Part shown: positions 9,467-18,551 of the stretch, piece by piece | How positions within the stretch are numbered: position 1 is the stretch's first letter | How the letters are laid out: the number at the start of each line of letters is the position of its first letter | IMG/VR virus record: IMGVR_UViG_3300032285_004186 | Reading direction: 5' to 3' (one strand) | Source: a virus | Length of the DNA stretch: 64,000 bases | The notes under the pieces: generated by a model | The model's database searches: none | Told to the model about the DNA's origin: nothing | Seen by the model: the letters and a program-made list of their open reading frames with translations, nothing else | Program-made: the position numbers and the translations under genes

Positions 9467-10060
9467 ATGAGTAGATCAAAAATATACAAAGATGAAGATT
9501 ATGATGGATCTTTGATTCACGGACGATTTGGGTATAAAATTTTTCGTAAGAATTATAATCCATTAGGGGTGATTCATATTACCAGGGGCAATATGGATGT
9601 TAAAGACAATTTAATTGATTTAGAAGATAAATTAACAAATGATTTCATTTACTCCGAAGATGCTTTGAGTATTTGTTGGGAGATTCCTAACATGAATCCG
9701 ACAGGAGCTGTATTCTTTCAAAGACTTTTTATGCAAGAAATTGCTAATCTTTTTAGAACAGATCAATTCGGAATTTACGATCTTTATGTTGACGGAGATG
9801 ATTTAATGTTGCGTAAAAAAGGCATGGGTGAAAATAACAGAGAAGAATTCGGTAAGGCCAGTGTCAGTATCACTAAGGTAACAGACAATATTGCACTGGG
9901 TCATATTGGTATCAACATCTCCGCAGGATCAAGAGCTCCTAGTTTTGCTTTTTCACTATATTTGACAGATGAAAAAGTAGATGAATTGGCCAGTGTAATT
10001 GAAGAAATTTTCTATGATATTCTTCAAGATTGTTTTATAGCTACTACCAAGGTGATTTAA
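9467..10060 (+). CDS. DUF366-family protein (class II aaRS/biotin-lipoate ligase-like fold)
   Basis: YDGS...RGNMDV...IDLED...DFIYSED...FQRL...GDDL...KASVSI...HIGINI match DUF366 motifs as recalled. ATG 9467 preferred over the track start at 9407. Confidence 0.7.
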   Translation: MSRSKIYKDEDYDGSLIHGRFGYKIFRKNYNPLGVIHITRGNMDVKDNLIDLEDKLTNDFIYSEDALSICWEIPNMNPTGAVFFQRLFMQEIANLFRTDQFGIYDLYVDGDDLMLRKKGMGENNREEFGKASVSITKVTDNIALGHIGINISAGSRAPSFAFSLYLTDEKVDELASVIEEIFYDILQDCFIATTKVI

Positions 10061-10449
10061 TGATTAAGAAAAAATATAATGATGATTTATTTGTGTATCT
10101 TGATTGGCTTCTTAAAAAACCAATCAAGGATTTACAATTGCAAAATGTGCCGTCTACTTTTATCACCAATAGATGGTTGTCTATGACAAATGTAGATATA
10201 ACAAATATTGTTAATACAACATTTAATAGATGGCTTTTGTCTAAAAATTTTAGTTCAGACAATTCATTGGCTTCTAAATTTTATCGGATAGTAATTCCTA
10301 AATTTAATAAAAGAATATCTTATATTAAAAAACCAACTCTAGAAAATTCCAAGGATATTGAAGATGTTTCTTATCTTGCAAAAAATTTAGAAATGTCTCA
10401 AAAAGAAATAGAAATGTATAATCAAACCCTTGATTATTTAAACCTTTAA
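10060..10449 (+). CDS. gp62: Clamp loader small subunit (T4 gp62-like)
   Basis: FITNRWLSM, FYRIVIPK..KRISYIKK, LAKNLEMSQKE resemble gp62 blocks; ATG 10060 overlaps the upstream TAA. Confidence 0.6.
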   Translation: MIKKKYNDDLFVYLDWLLKKPIKDLQLQNVPSTFITNRWLSMTNVDITNIVNTTFNRWLLSKNFSSDNSLASKFYRIVIPKFNKRISYIKKPTLENSKDIEDVSYLAKNLEMSQKEIEMYNQTLDYLNL

Positions 10450-10463
10450 TTTAATTATTTTTT

Positions 10464-10847
10464 ATGATAGATAGACCTGTAAATTTAGAAGATCGAATTG
10501 GAGGCAAAATAGAAATAGAACATTATCAGGGCAATGATTTTGAATTAGAAGATTGGGTATTAGATAAGGTATTAGATAATATTTTAATGGTTCAGTATGT
10601 GGACATTAATGAGGCCGGCACAGAAATTAAAAGAGGTAGTTTATGGATACCTATCGGAGCAGTTCAACATACTTGGAGGGTTGCTAAAGTTATTAAAGCC
10701 GGACCGGATTGTAAAACTGTAAAAGAAGGAAATTATATTGTTTTTCCTAATGATAGAGGTTTAAAAGTGGCAAATCTTAACGGATTAAAAAATGTAGCTT
10801 TCTTGAATGAAGACCGTATTTTTGGGGTCTGTAATCCAAAGATATAA
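10464..10847 (+). CDS. groES: GroES-like co-chaperonin (T4 gp31 analogue)
   Basis: LDNILMV...RGSLWIP...AKVIKAGPDCKTVKEGNYIVF...FLNEDRIFGV; TAATTA 6 nt upstream. Confidence 0.75.
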   Translation: MIDRPVNLEDRIGGKIEIEHYQGNDFELEDWVLDKVLDNILMVQYVDINEAGTEIKRGSLWIPIGAVQHTWRVAKVIKAGPDCKTVKEGNYIVFPNDRGLKVANLNGLKNVAFLNEDRIFGVCNPKI

Positions 10848-10851
10848 TTAA

Positions 10852-11235
10852 GTGAATTTATCTTCTAATGGTTTATCTAGTTTATTGGAAGCTAATGTAG
10901 TGGAATTAAAATTTATAAGAAGACATCCGATTCAAGGCAAACCTATAACCAGACGAATGTTGGCCTCTTTAAACTCTGCAATATTAGATTCAGATCTAGG
11001 AAGGACTGTTTTAAATTTTAAACCACCTACCAGAGCACCATCTTACAATCCTAGTAATTATAATTTAATAACTGTATTTGATATTTTTATGCAAGATTGG
11101 AGATCTATACCAGCAGATAAAGTAGAAGTAATAAGAGTTCTTCCTTCAGATCCAGTAACAGATTTTTGGGAATATTTTTTTACTTCTTTAGCAAAAATGA
11201 CACCAGCTCAAAAAGCTGCCTTTATGGATCAATAA
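10852..11235 (+). CDS. Conserved phage Sm/WYL-like protein (DUF2693-like)
   Basis: VVELKFIRR...RRMLASLN...ITVFDIFMQDWRSI pattern; GTG start. Confidence 0.5.
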   Translation: MNLSSNGLSSLLEANVVELKFIRRHPIQGKPITRRMLASLNSAILDSDLGRTVLNFKPPTRAPSYNPSNYNLITVFDIFMQDWRSIPADKVEVIRVLPSDPVTDFWEYFFTSLAKMTPAQKAAFMDQ

Positions 11236-11591
11236 TGAATATTAACAACACACCACTCGAAGAAGCTTGTAAATTTCTTTTGCAAAAAAATATATCTTTA
11301 GAAGTTAATAATAAAATTTTTAAATCTGGAAAATTATTACTTTTTTATCAAAAAAATTTTTATTTAACTTTTGTTTTAAATTCCAACAAAAAAGATAAAG
11401 ATAAAGTAGAAATACCAATACCCTTTGAAACAGAAACTCATTTTGAAGACAATTTAATTTATTTTGATTATCGAATAAAAACATTAAGCAAACTGGCACC
11501 GGACATGGAAAATTATTTAAAAATATATCCATCAAAAGTAGCCAGTAATAAGTATTGGGATACTATATTAACTATCAATGCAAGTAATTAA
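11235..11591 (+). CDS. Hypothetical protein
   Basis: ATG 11235 overlaps the upstream TAA; preferred over the track start at 11166. Confidence 0.55.
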   Translation: MNINNTPLEEACKFLLQKNISLEVNNKIFKSGKLLLFYQKNFYLTFVLNSNKKDKDKVEIPIPFETETHFEDNLIYFDYRIKTLSKLAPDMENYLKIYPSKVASNKYWDTILTINASN

Positions 11592-11838
11592 AACAGTTTT
11601 AATTTATAGTGTATATTCTGGTTCTTTTTATGAATTACCAGAATCAGACGTTCTTCTATTAGATATTGGACATTTACCTTTAATTAAGAAACCTAATAAA
11701 TGCAATAAATGTTATCATAGAGGTTTTGTTGGAAGAGATTCTTTAAATTTAACATATTCCCCTTGTTTGTGCGTGCAAAAAGTCTTAAATTTTGATATTC
11801 TTAAGAAGCTTGAAAACAAACATTCCAGACTTTCTTGA
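11578..11838 (+). CDS. Small Cys-rich (Zn-ribbon-like) protein
   Basis: CNKCYHRG...PCLCV. Confidence 0.55.
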   Translation: MQVIKTVLIYSVYSGSFYELPESDVLLLDIGHLPLIKKPNKCNKCYHRGFVGRDSLNLTYSPCLCVQKVLNFDILKKLENKHSRLS

Positions 11839-13486
11839 TTTTTTTCCAACAAGTAAAGGTGAATCACCTAGATTGCAACAGATACAAGGGTTAAATGCTA
11901 TTCGTAAAGCATTTCAATCTGGTAAAAAATATGTTATAGCCAGACTACCAACAGGTTCTGGTAAATCCCATATAGCTACAGCCATAGCTAGATCATCAAA
12001 AAGTATAGATTCAGAACGTAGGATTCTTTTAGAAAATTATGAAGCTTTTCGTAAAGATAAAAGTGGTAATTGGATAAATGATACTATTTTTAAAGAAAAA
12101 GAATCTTTTGGGGCATTTATATTAACCATTACTAGATCTTTACAGGACCAGTACACAGATTTATTTCCAGAACAATTAGCAGTTAAGGGTCAAAGTAATT
12201 ATCAATGTGATGTTGATAAAAATTTAACAATAGATTTTGCACCCTGTATTTTTACTCCAGATTTAAAACAAGAATGTTTTAAAGCAGATAGATGTCCTTA
12301 TCACAAAGCTCGTAAAAACGCTATAGCATCTCAAGATCCAATTTTAAATTATCGAGTATTTTTCAATTTGCCTCCTTTTTTACAACGAAGGGAATATATT
12401 ATTTGTGATGAAGCAAAAGAACTAGAAAAAGAATTAGTAGGTCAATATTCTATTACAATTAATTATGCTCAATTACTTTCAGAAGAGATATCATTTAAAA
12501 AAATAGTTTCAGATGATAATGAAGAAGCATTCTTGTGGCTACAAGACATTTTTTTACAATTAAAAAATCAAACAGCTGATTTAAAACACAAGTTATCTTT
12601 AATGAATAACAAGGGAAGTGTTTTAGAAGGTATTCTATTTAAGACAGCCCAACGACTCGGAAAATTAAACAATTTATACAATTCAGTTTGGGATATAGTT
12701 GAGATTTGGCACGAGTGTGAATTTTTAGTAGAAAGCAAAGATTCTAAATCAGTGACATTTGTACCCTTTAATGTCAAACCAATAGCTCAACGTATTTTTA
12801 ATCAAGCAGATAAAGTTTTATTAACTTCTGCAACTATTAGTGATCCAGAGGAATATGCTCGTAGCCTAGGAATTAAAAAAGATGAATATGCAGTTGTAGA
12901 TATTTCATCAGTTTTTGATCCTTTAAAATCACCAATTTATTGTTCATCAAAATATAGTTTGTCATTTAAAACACTAGAAGCCAATCTTCCTAAGGTAGTA
13001 AACATGGTGGCAGAAATATGTGACATGCATAAAGGACAAAAGGGATTAATTCATACACACACTAATCAAATTACAGAATTTGTAAAGAAAAAATTAGGCA
13101 AAAATCAAAGATTTTTATTCAGAGAAGTTGGTATTTCCAATCAAGACATTATAGATGAACATCGTATTCGAAAAGAAGAAGATACAATTTTGGTCAGTCC
13201 ATCTTTGGACACCGGAGTAAGTTTAGATGATGATCTTGGTAGGTTTCAAATTATTATTAAGGCACCTTATTTGCCGTTAGGTTCTAAAAGAATTAAGAAA
13301 ATCTTTGATAAAAGTCCGCGTTATTATAGCATGTCTATGTTAGACACTTTAATTCAAATGTGTGGAAGATGCACAAGATCTAAAGATGATTATTCCGTAA
13401 CTTATATTTTAGATGGAGCAGCAGTCAAGGCAATCACTACCAATAAAACTCATTTGCCTAAATATTTCTTAGATAGATTCATGTAA
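11792..13486 (+). CDS. DinG/XPD-family SF2 helicase
   Basis: Q motif PRLQQ, LPTGSGKS, four Cys between motifs Ia and II (Fe-S), ICDEAK, TSAT, IIKAPY, QMCGRCTRSKDD. Start codon uncertain. Confidence 0.85.
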   Translation: MIFLRSLKTNIPDFLDFFPTSKGESPRLQQIQGLNAIRKAFQSGKKYVIARLPTGSGKSHIATAIARSSKSIDSERRILLENYEAFRKDKSGNWINDTIFKEKESFGAFILTITRSLQDQYTDLFPEQLAVKGQSNYQCDVDKNLTIDFAPCIFTPDLKQECFKADRCPYHKARKNAIASQDPILNYRVFFNLPPFLQRREYIICDEAKELEKELVGQYSITINYAQLLSEEISFKKIVSDDNEEAFLWLQDIFLQLKNQTADLKHKLSLMNNKGSVLEGILFKTAQRLGKLNNLYNSVWDIVEIWHECEFLVESKDSKSVTFVPFNVKPIAQRIFNQADKVLLTSATISDPEEYARSLGIKKDEYAVVDISSVFDPLKSPIYCSSKYSLSFKTLEANLPKVVNMVAEICDMHKGQKGLIHTHTNQITEFVKKKLGKNQRFLFREVGISNQDIIDEHRIRKEEDTILVSPSLDTGVSLDDDLGRFQIIIKAPYLPLGSKRIKKIFDKSPRYYSMSMLDTLIQMCGRCTRSKDDYSVTYILDGAAVKAITTNKTHLPKYFLDRFM

Positions 13487-13497
13487 GTAATACTCTA

Positions 13498-14670
13498 ATG
13501 AGAAAATATACATATCACGGTGAAATAATGACTATGGTTGAAAGTTTTACAGCAGCTTTCAATGACATTATTGTTAAAGGATATGATAAATCTCGAATAG
13601 TTATTCCAGATAGTGATAAAAAAGTACGATTTGTTTATGCACCTAAGCAGAGAGTTTATGAATCCTTAAACACTCCCGGACCGGGTGGAATATCTGTACC
13701 CGTAGTTTCTATCAGTCAAGGAAGTATAACCAGAGACAAAACTAGGGTTTTTAATAAAAATCAAGGATTTCAAATACCTTACCACTCCACCGGCGAATCA
13801 GATGAAATCATTAAAAATATATCTCAACCGGTTCCTATCAATTTGACAATTAATATGTCAATTATGACAAAGTATCAGGAACATATGGATCAAATTATTA
13901 GCAATTTTGTTCCTTACTGTGACCCTTATGTAATTATTTCTTGGAAATTTCCAGTTTTACCTGATTCCACAATTCCTTATGAAATAAGATCAGAAGTTTT
14001 ATGGGATGGCATGATAAAAACCACTTACCCAACAGAGTTACAACCAAATGCTCCGTTCAGACTTACCGCAGATACCTCTTTTACTATCAAGGGTTGGTTG
14101 TTCAAAAACAATGAGGAAGCTTATAATAAAATTTATTACATTAATAGTGATTTTTCACCAGTAGATCAAACATTTTTATTAGAACAATTACAAACAGAAA
14201 CAACACATATATCAGCTGCACCACATATTAAAAGTGCTTCACCTTATCGGTTATCATTTTGGACAGAAAACTTGCCTTATTCATCTTTAAATATTTTTGA
14301 TATAGATTTATATGGCAAATATTTTTTTGATATACAGGGTTTGTATTTAAGTGCCTCAAATAATGAGATGTTGCAAGGTATGCAACTGCATGATTTCTTT
14401 AGTTTGAGACCAAAATTGTCAGCAAATAATCCACCTTTTTATGCTTTAGAGCTATCAGGATTTAAAGTTGAATCAGATCATTATATAAAATTTGAAATAC
14501 CGCAAATACCATTAACTAGTGGAACATTTGATATTATAGCAGTCAATGAAGCGGGTTATGGTAAATTAACAACTGGTAGTTTAAGACAATCTATTAGTTC
14601 GTGGTCTGGGTGGACCTTAGAACAACCTCCTTATTCCTCCGGAATTTTTGTGACTCTTTTTGAAGCTTAA
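13498..14670 (+). CDS. gp15: Tail terminator/sheath stabiliser (T4 gp15-like) with C-terminal Ig-like extension
   Basis: YTYH.EI...FNDI, YAPKQR, QPVPINL, DQIISNFVPY, FTIKGWLF. Confidence 0.75.
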   Translation: MRKYTYHGEIMTMVESFTAAFNDIIVKGYDKSRIVIPDSDKKVRFVYAPKQRVYESLNTPGPGGISVPVVSISQGSITRDKTRVFNKNQGFQIPYHSTGESDEIIKNISQPVPINLTINMSIMTKYQEHMDQIISNFVPYCDPYVIISWKFPVLPDSTIPYEIRSEVLWDGMIKTTYPTELQPNAPFRLTADTSFTIKGWLFKNNEEAYNKIYYINSDFSPVDQTFLLEQLQTETTHISAAPHIKSASPYRLSFWTENLPYSSLNIFDIDLYGKYFFDIQGLYLSASNNEMLQGMQLHDFFSLRPKLSANNPPFYALELSGFKVESDHYIKFEIPQIPLTSGTFDIIAVNEAGYGKLTTGSLRQSISSWSGWTLEQPPYSSGIFVTLFEA

Positions 14671-14725
14671 AAATTTAACAAATAATGTTGTTTATTTGTA
14701 TATTACAGTAATTATATAAGTACAT

Positions 14726-16597
14726 ATGGCCGACCTTCTCGCTACACCTGATAGAAATTCTAGTTCTAATCGCAATTTTATATCCAGCATTTTGCAAAGA
14801 TTGCCTTATGTTTCTACAGAAATAGAAGCAGATACAAATAATCCAAAGTATGAATTATTTGACAGACTTTCTAAAAGAACAGAATTCAGATTACTGAAAC
14901 AATCTGTAATTACGGGTGGAGCAATGCAAAGTGAGTATGGTTCGGGTTCTGGTGGCCACGGTTCCATAACATCTCACAGTCCTTATCACAAATATTTATA
15001 TGCAAATATAGACACAGACAAGATAAGAAGAATATCTGAATATAGGCGCATGGCTTCATTTGCAGAAGTAGCTGATTGCCTAGATGAAATTTGTGATGAA
15101 TTCATCGTTAAAGACGAAAATGGTCATATTTTACATTTAAATTTTTCTAATTTTTGTGATTTATCTTCTGAAGAAAAAATTGAATTAAAAAAAGAATATG
15201 AAAAGTTTGTCAATATTTATGATTTAGAACATAAAGGATGGGGGTATTGCAGACAATTATTAGTAGAAGGGGAAATTTTCTTTGAAAATATTACATATAA
15301 AGATAAACATGAGTATGGAATTATTGGAGTATTATCCATACCCGGAGAATTAATTAATCCCTGTTATGATAACATACAGAATAATGTTATAGAAAATTTT
15401 ACGTTTCAAAAACCAATTAATTTACAACAACAAGCAACACAGCCTCTTTCTCAGCAGCAAGCTAATAAAAATCCGGTCAATGCCTTGCAACAACAAATAG
15501 TAACTCTTCAGGCTAATCAGGTTACCTACATGAATTCTGGTTTGTGGAATGAAGACCACAGCATAAGAATTCCTTTTATAGAAAATTGCAGAAGATCTTA
15601 TAAAATGTTATCTCTTTGTGAAGATGCTATTATTATATATCGTCTTGTAAGAGCACCAGAACGATTAAAATTTACCATAGATGTAGGCAATATGCCTCCT
15701 TACAAGGCAGAAGCCTATATGAAGGGATTAATGCAACAATATTATTCTAAGCAGGTTTATGATGGTGGTGTTAATTCTACAGGACCAGTCAGCAATTCTT
15801 ACAATCCTCAATCTATGTTAGATAGTTACTGGTTTGCTCGCAAGCCAGGTGAGGTCGGATCAGATGTTCAGGTCTTGCAAGGAGGAGACAACCTTGGCAA
15901 ATTAGATGATCTGATGTATTTTGTAGGTAAATTGTATAAGAGTTTAAAAGTACCTATGTCTCGTTTAAATCCTAATGAGACCTTTAAAGACGGGTCTGAA
16001 ATTCTTAAAGAAGAATTGAGATTTGCTAAGTTTATAATTCGCTTACAGAATCAAGTAGCGGCTGGTATTAAAAACGCTTTTATCAGTCATTTAAAAATTA
16101 AAGGTTGGTGGAAAGAATACAAACTTCATGAGTCTTATATAAATTTAGAATTTAATGCCCCTTCTAATTTCTTTGCTATTCGCCAACAACAAATGGCAGA
16201 ATTGAAACAGAAGAACTTTTCAGATATGTCTCAAAATGAAGGCATATCAAATATCTTTGCTCAACGTCATTATCTCGGATATAGTGATGCCAAAATTAGT
16301 GAGAATATGGAATGGCAACGCAAAGAAGCAGGCTTTAAATGGGAATTAGCTCAAATAGCTAATGCTGGTCCCAACTGGAGAGAACAAATTGAAGCCGCTC
16401 AGCAAGCATCTTTGGAAAATCAAGGAGGAGCTCAATCCGGGTTTGAAGGTGGTGGAGGAGCTGGAGCGTCAGCTATTCCAGAATTTGGCAATGTTAGTGG
16501 AGCCAATACTCCAGAAACACCTACCAGTGAAGTACCAGCTCCCGCAGGAGAAGCAACACCTACATCATTAGAGACTCCACCTGGACCAGCTACTTAG
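14726..16597 (+). CDS. gp20: Portal protein (T4 gp20-like)
   Basis: YRRMA..AEV..CLDEI, EDAIIIYRLVRAPER..F.IDVGNMP..KAEAY, LYKSLKVP.SRL, EELRFAKFI.RLQ. Confidence 0.95.
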   Translation: MADLLATPDRNSSSNRNFISSILQRLPYVSTEIEADTNNPKYELFDRLSKRTEFRLLKQSVITGGAMQSEYGSGSGGHGSITSHSPYHKYLYANIDTDKIRRISEYRRMASFAEVADCLDEICDEFIVKDENGHILHLNFSNFCDLSSEEKIELKKEYEKFVNIYDLEHKGWGYCRQLLVEGEIFFENITYKDKHEYGIIGVLSIPGELINPCYDNIQNNVIENFTFQKPINLQQQATQPLSQQQANKNPVNALQQQIVTLQANQVTYMNSGLWNEDHSIRIPFIENCRRSYKMLSLCEDAIIIYRLVRAPERLKFTIDVGNMPPYKAEAYMKGLMQQYYSKQVYDGGVNSTGPVSNSYNPQSMLDSYWFARKPGEVGSDVQVLQGGDNLGKLDDLMYFVGKLYKSLKVPMSRLNPNETFKDGSEILKEELRFAKFIIRLQNQVAAGIKNAFISHLKIKGWWKEYKLHESYINLEFNAPSNFFAIRQQQMAELKQKNFSDMSQNEGISNIFAQRHYLGYSDAKISENMEWQRKEAGFKWELAQIANAGPNWREQIEAAQQASLENQGGAQSGFEGGGGAGASAIPEFGNVSGANTPETPTSEVPAPAGEATPTSLETPPGPAT

Positions 16598-16610
16598 GAT
16601 AAGTAGTTAC

Positions 16611-17753
16611 ATGCCTGTTGTACCTCCCAATTTTGGAAGCACTACTTTTAACAATATAATTACAAGTTATGATTTGCTCTCCCAGCGTATTAAACATATG
16701 CTCGGAGAACCTTTGGTTCAAGTAGAAATAAGTGATGCACAAATGTACACGTGCATAGATACAGCCTGTGAATTTTTTACTAAATTTGCCGGCACTACAG
16801 AAGAATTTTTAATATTTCGTTCAGATTTATACATTCCAGGTAAAGGTCTTCCTATTGGAAGGATAATAAACACTACACCAGAATTGGGCAATAATCAAAT
16901 AACAGAAATAATCTCAAGTCCCGGAATCACGGAATATAATGAAACTATAGGAGATGGGATTTCTAAGGCTTTTTTAATTAATCATAATCTTAATTCATCA
17001 GAAGTGATTGTGGAACTTTATGATGCAAATACCGGACAACAAGTGTATGCATCCGTAACTACAGTATCACTAAATGCGGTGGCTATTTCTTTTGGATTTG
17101 TTATTCCAGTTAATTCTTATAATGTAATAGTTATAAACGGCGTCACCTCTGGTGAAACCTCAACTACAACTGCTTCTGTAACTAGCACAAGCAGTGCAGG
17201 TTGGGATTTTGATATGAACAATTACCGAAAAGTTGCAGATGTGTATTCTTTCGCAGAGGGAAATAATTCTGGTATTAATACATTATTTTCCGTAGAACAT
17301 ACCATAGCACAACAAGCTTATTTTGGACATTTATTAGGTAATGTTGGCTATGATTTAATTACTTGGCAAGCCTTAAAAGGGTGGTTGGATTTAAGAGATA
17401 AAGTATTGGCTTTGACTCCTTATTTGAGATTTGATCCTCACACTCAAATGCTTCGTATCATTCCCGAGCCAAGCCAAACTAATACTCCTTATTATGGTTT
17501 AGTGGGTTGTCATTTGCAAAGACCTATTAAAGATATTGTAAGTCAATTGTGGGTTTATAGATATACCATGGCTTTAGTCAAATTAGCAACCGCTCATGCT
17601 AGAGGAAAATATAGTGGTACTAATTTATTCGGGGGACAAGTAGTTTCCTATCAAGACCTAATGTCTCAGGGATTATCTGAAAGAGATAAACTAGAAGATG
17701 AATTAATGAATAAACACGTTGATTCAATGCCTACTAGATTTTTTATAGGGTAA
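16611..17753 (+). CDS. gp13: Neck protein (T4 gp13-like) with internal insertion
   Basis: IKHMLGEPLVQVEI..Q...ID.A N-terminus; WVYRYTMALVK...RGKYSG..LFGG C-terminus. Confidence 0.8.
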   Translation: MPVVPPNFGSTTFNNIITSYDLLSQRIKHMLGEPLVQVEISDAQMYTCIDTACEFFTKFAGTTEEFLIFRSDLYIPGKGLPIGRIINTTPELGNNQITEIISSPGITEYNETIGDGISKAFLINHNLNSSEVIVELYDANTGQQVYASVTTVSLNAVAISFGFVIPVNSYNVIVINGVTSGETSTTTASVTSTSSAGWDFDMNNYRKVADVYSFAEGNNSGINTLFSVEHTIAQQAYFGHLLGNVGYDLITWQALKGWLDLRDKVLALTPYLRFDPHTQMLRIIPEPSQTNTPYYGLVGCHLQRPIKDIVSQLWVYRYTMALVKLATAHARGKYSGTNLFGGQVVSYQDLMSQGLSERDKLEDELMNKHVDSMPTRFFIG

Positions 17754-17754
17754 T

Positions 17755-18222
17755 ATGCGCAAGCATTTAAATAAAAATTCTAAATATAACCAAGGCAAAT
17801 TTCTTCCTCGAAATATAAACAAATACAAAGGTTCTTTACCCATTATATATAGATCTGGGTTGGAATTGAAGGCTTTTAGATGGATGGATAATAACCCAAA
17901 TATTATTAGCTGGGGGTCTGAATCAGTGATAATACCATATTTTTCTCCATTAGATATGGAGAAAAAAATACATAGGTATTTTGTAGATTTAGTGGCTCAT
18001 TTAAAAAACAAAGAAGGTGTCATTAAAAAATTATTAATAGAAGTTAAACCACATAAACAAACTTCTGCACCAACTTATAGTCCACGAAAAGGAAAAAAAA
18101 CTGTGCTGTATGAACAAACACAGTTTTTAATTAATTCTGCTAAATGGGAGGCTGCTAAAGCCTGGTGTGATAAAAATAATTACACTTTTATCATTCTCAC
18201 CGAAAAACACCTAAAAGATTAA
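17755..18222 (+). CDS. gp4: Head completion nuclease (T4 gp4-like)
   Basis: KYKG...IIYRSGLE, WGSESVIIPY, HRYFVD, IEVKP.KQT, NSAKWEAA, F.ILTE. Confidence 0.9.
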   Translation: MRKHLNKNSKYNQGKFLPRNINKYKGSLPIIYRSGLELKAFRWMDNNPNIISWGSESVIIPYFSPLDMEKKIHRYFVDLVAHLKNKEGVIKKLLIEVKPHKQTSAPTYSPRKGKKTVLYEQTQFLINSAKWEAAKAWCDKNNYTFIILTEKHLKD

Positions 18223-18467
18223 GCATACGCTAATAGTGAATTTGGTTTTTCTTTATTAATAATGCCGTGAGCGTTATAAAGAGTTAATTTTGGTTTAGCC
18301 GCAGTTTCTGCATTTTGTTGAATAGTACCTAGGTCATCTACTGGTAAATCATTTTTAGGTAAATGATCATTCTGGGTCCTCATGGATGCTAATAGAGGTT
18401 GTATAATTTCTGGTTGATTGATAGATGATATGGGTTGCATTGGATTAAAATTATACAATTTTTGCAT
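18219..18467 (-). CDS. Hypothetical protein
   Basis: 82-aa ORF filling the gap; minus-strand TAAATA at 18486-18481. Confidence 0.45.
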   Translation of the reverse strand: MQKLYNFNPMQPISSINQPEIIQPLLASMRTQNDHLPKNDLPVDDLGTIQQNAETAAKPKLTLYNAHGIINKEKPNSLLAYA

Positions 18468-18551
18468 AAAAATTCTCGTTTATTTATCTATAAAAAAATG
18501 TTTTTCTTGATATGACCGACTTTAACCATAAATATCTTTTATAATTCTTAT

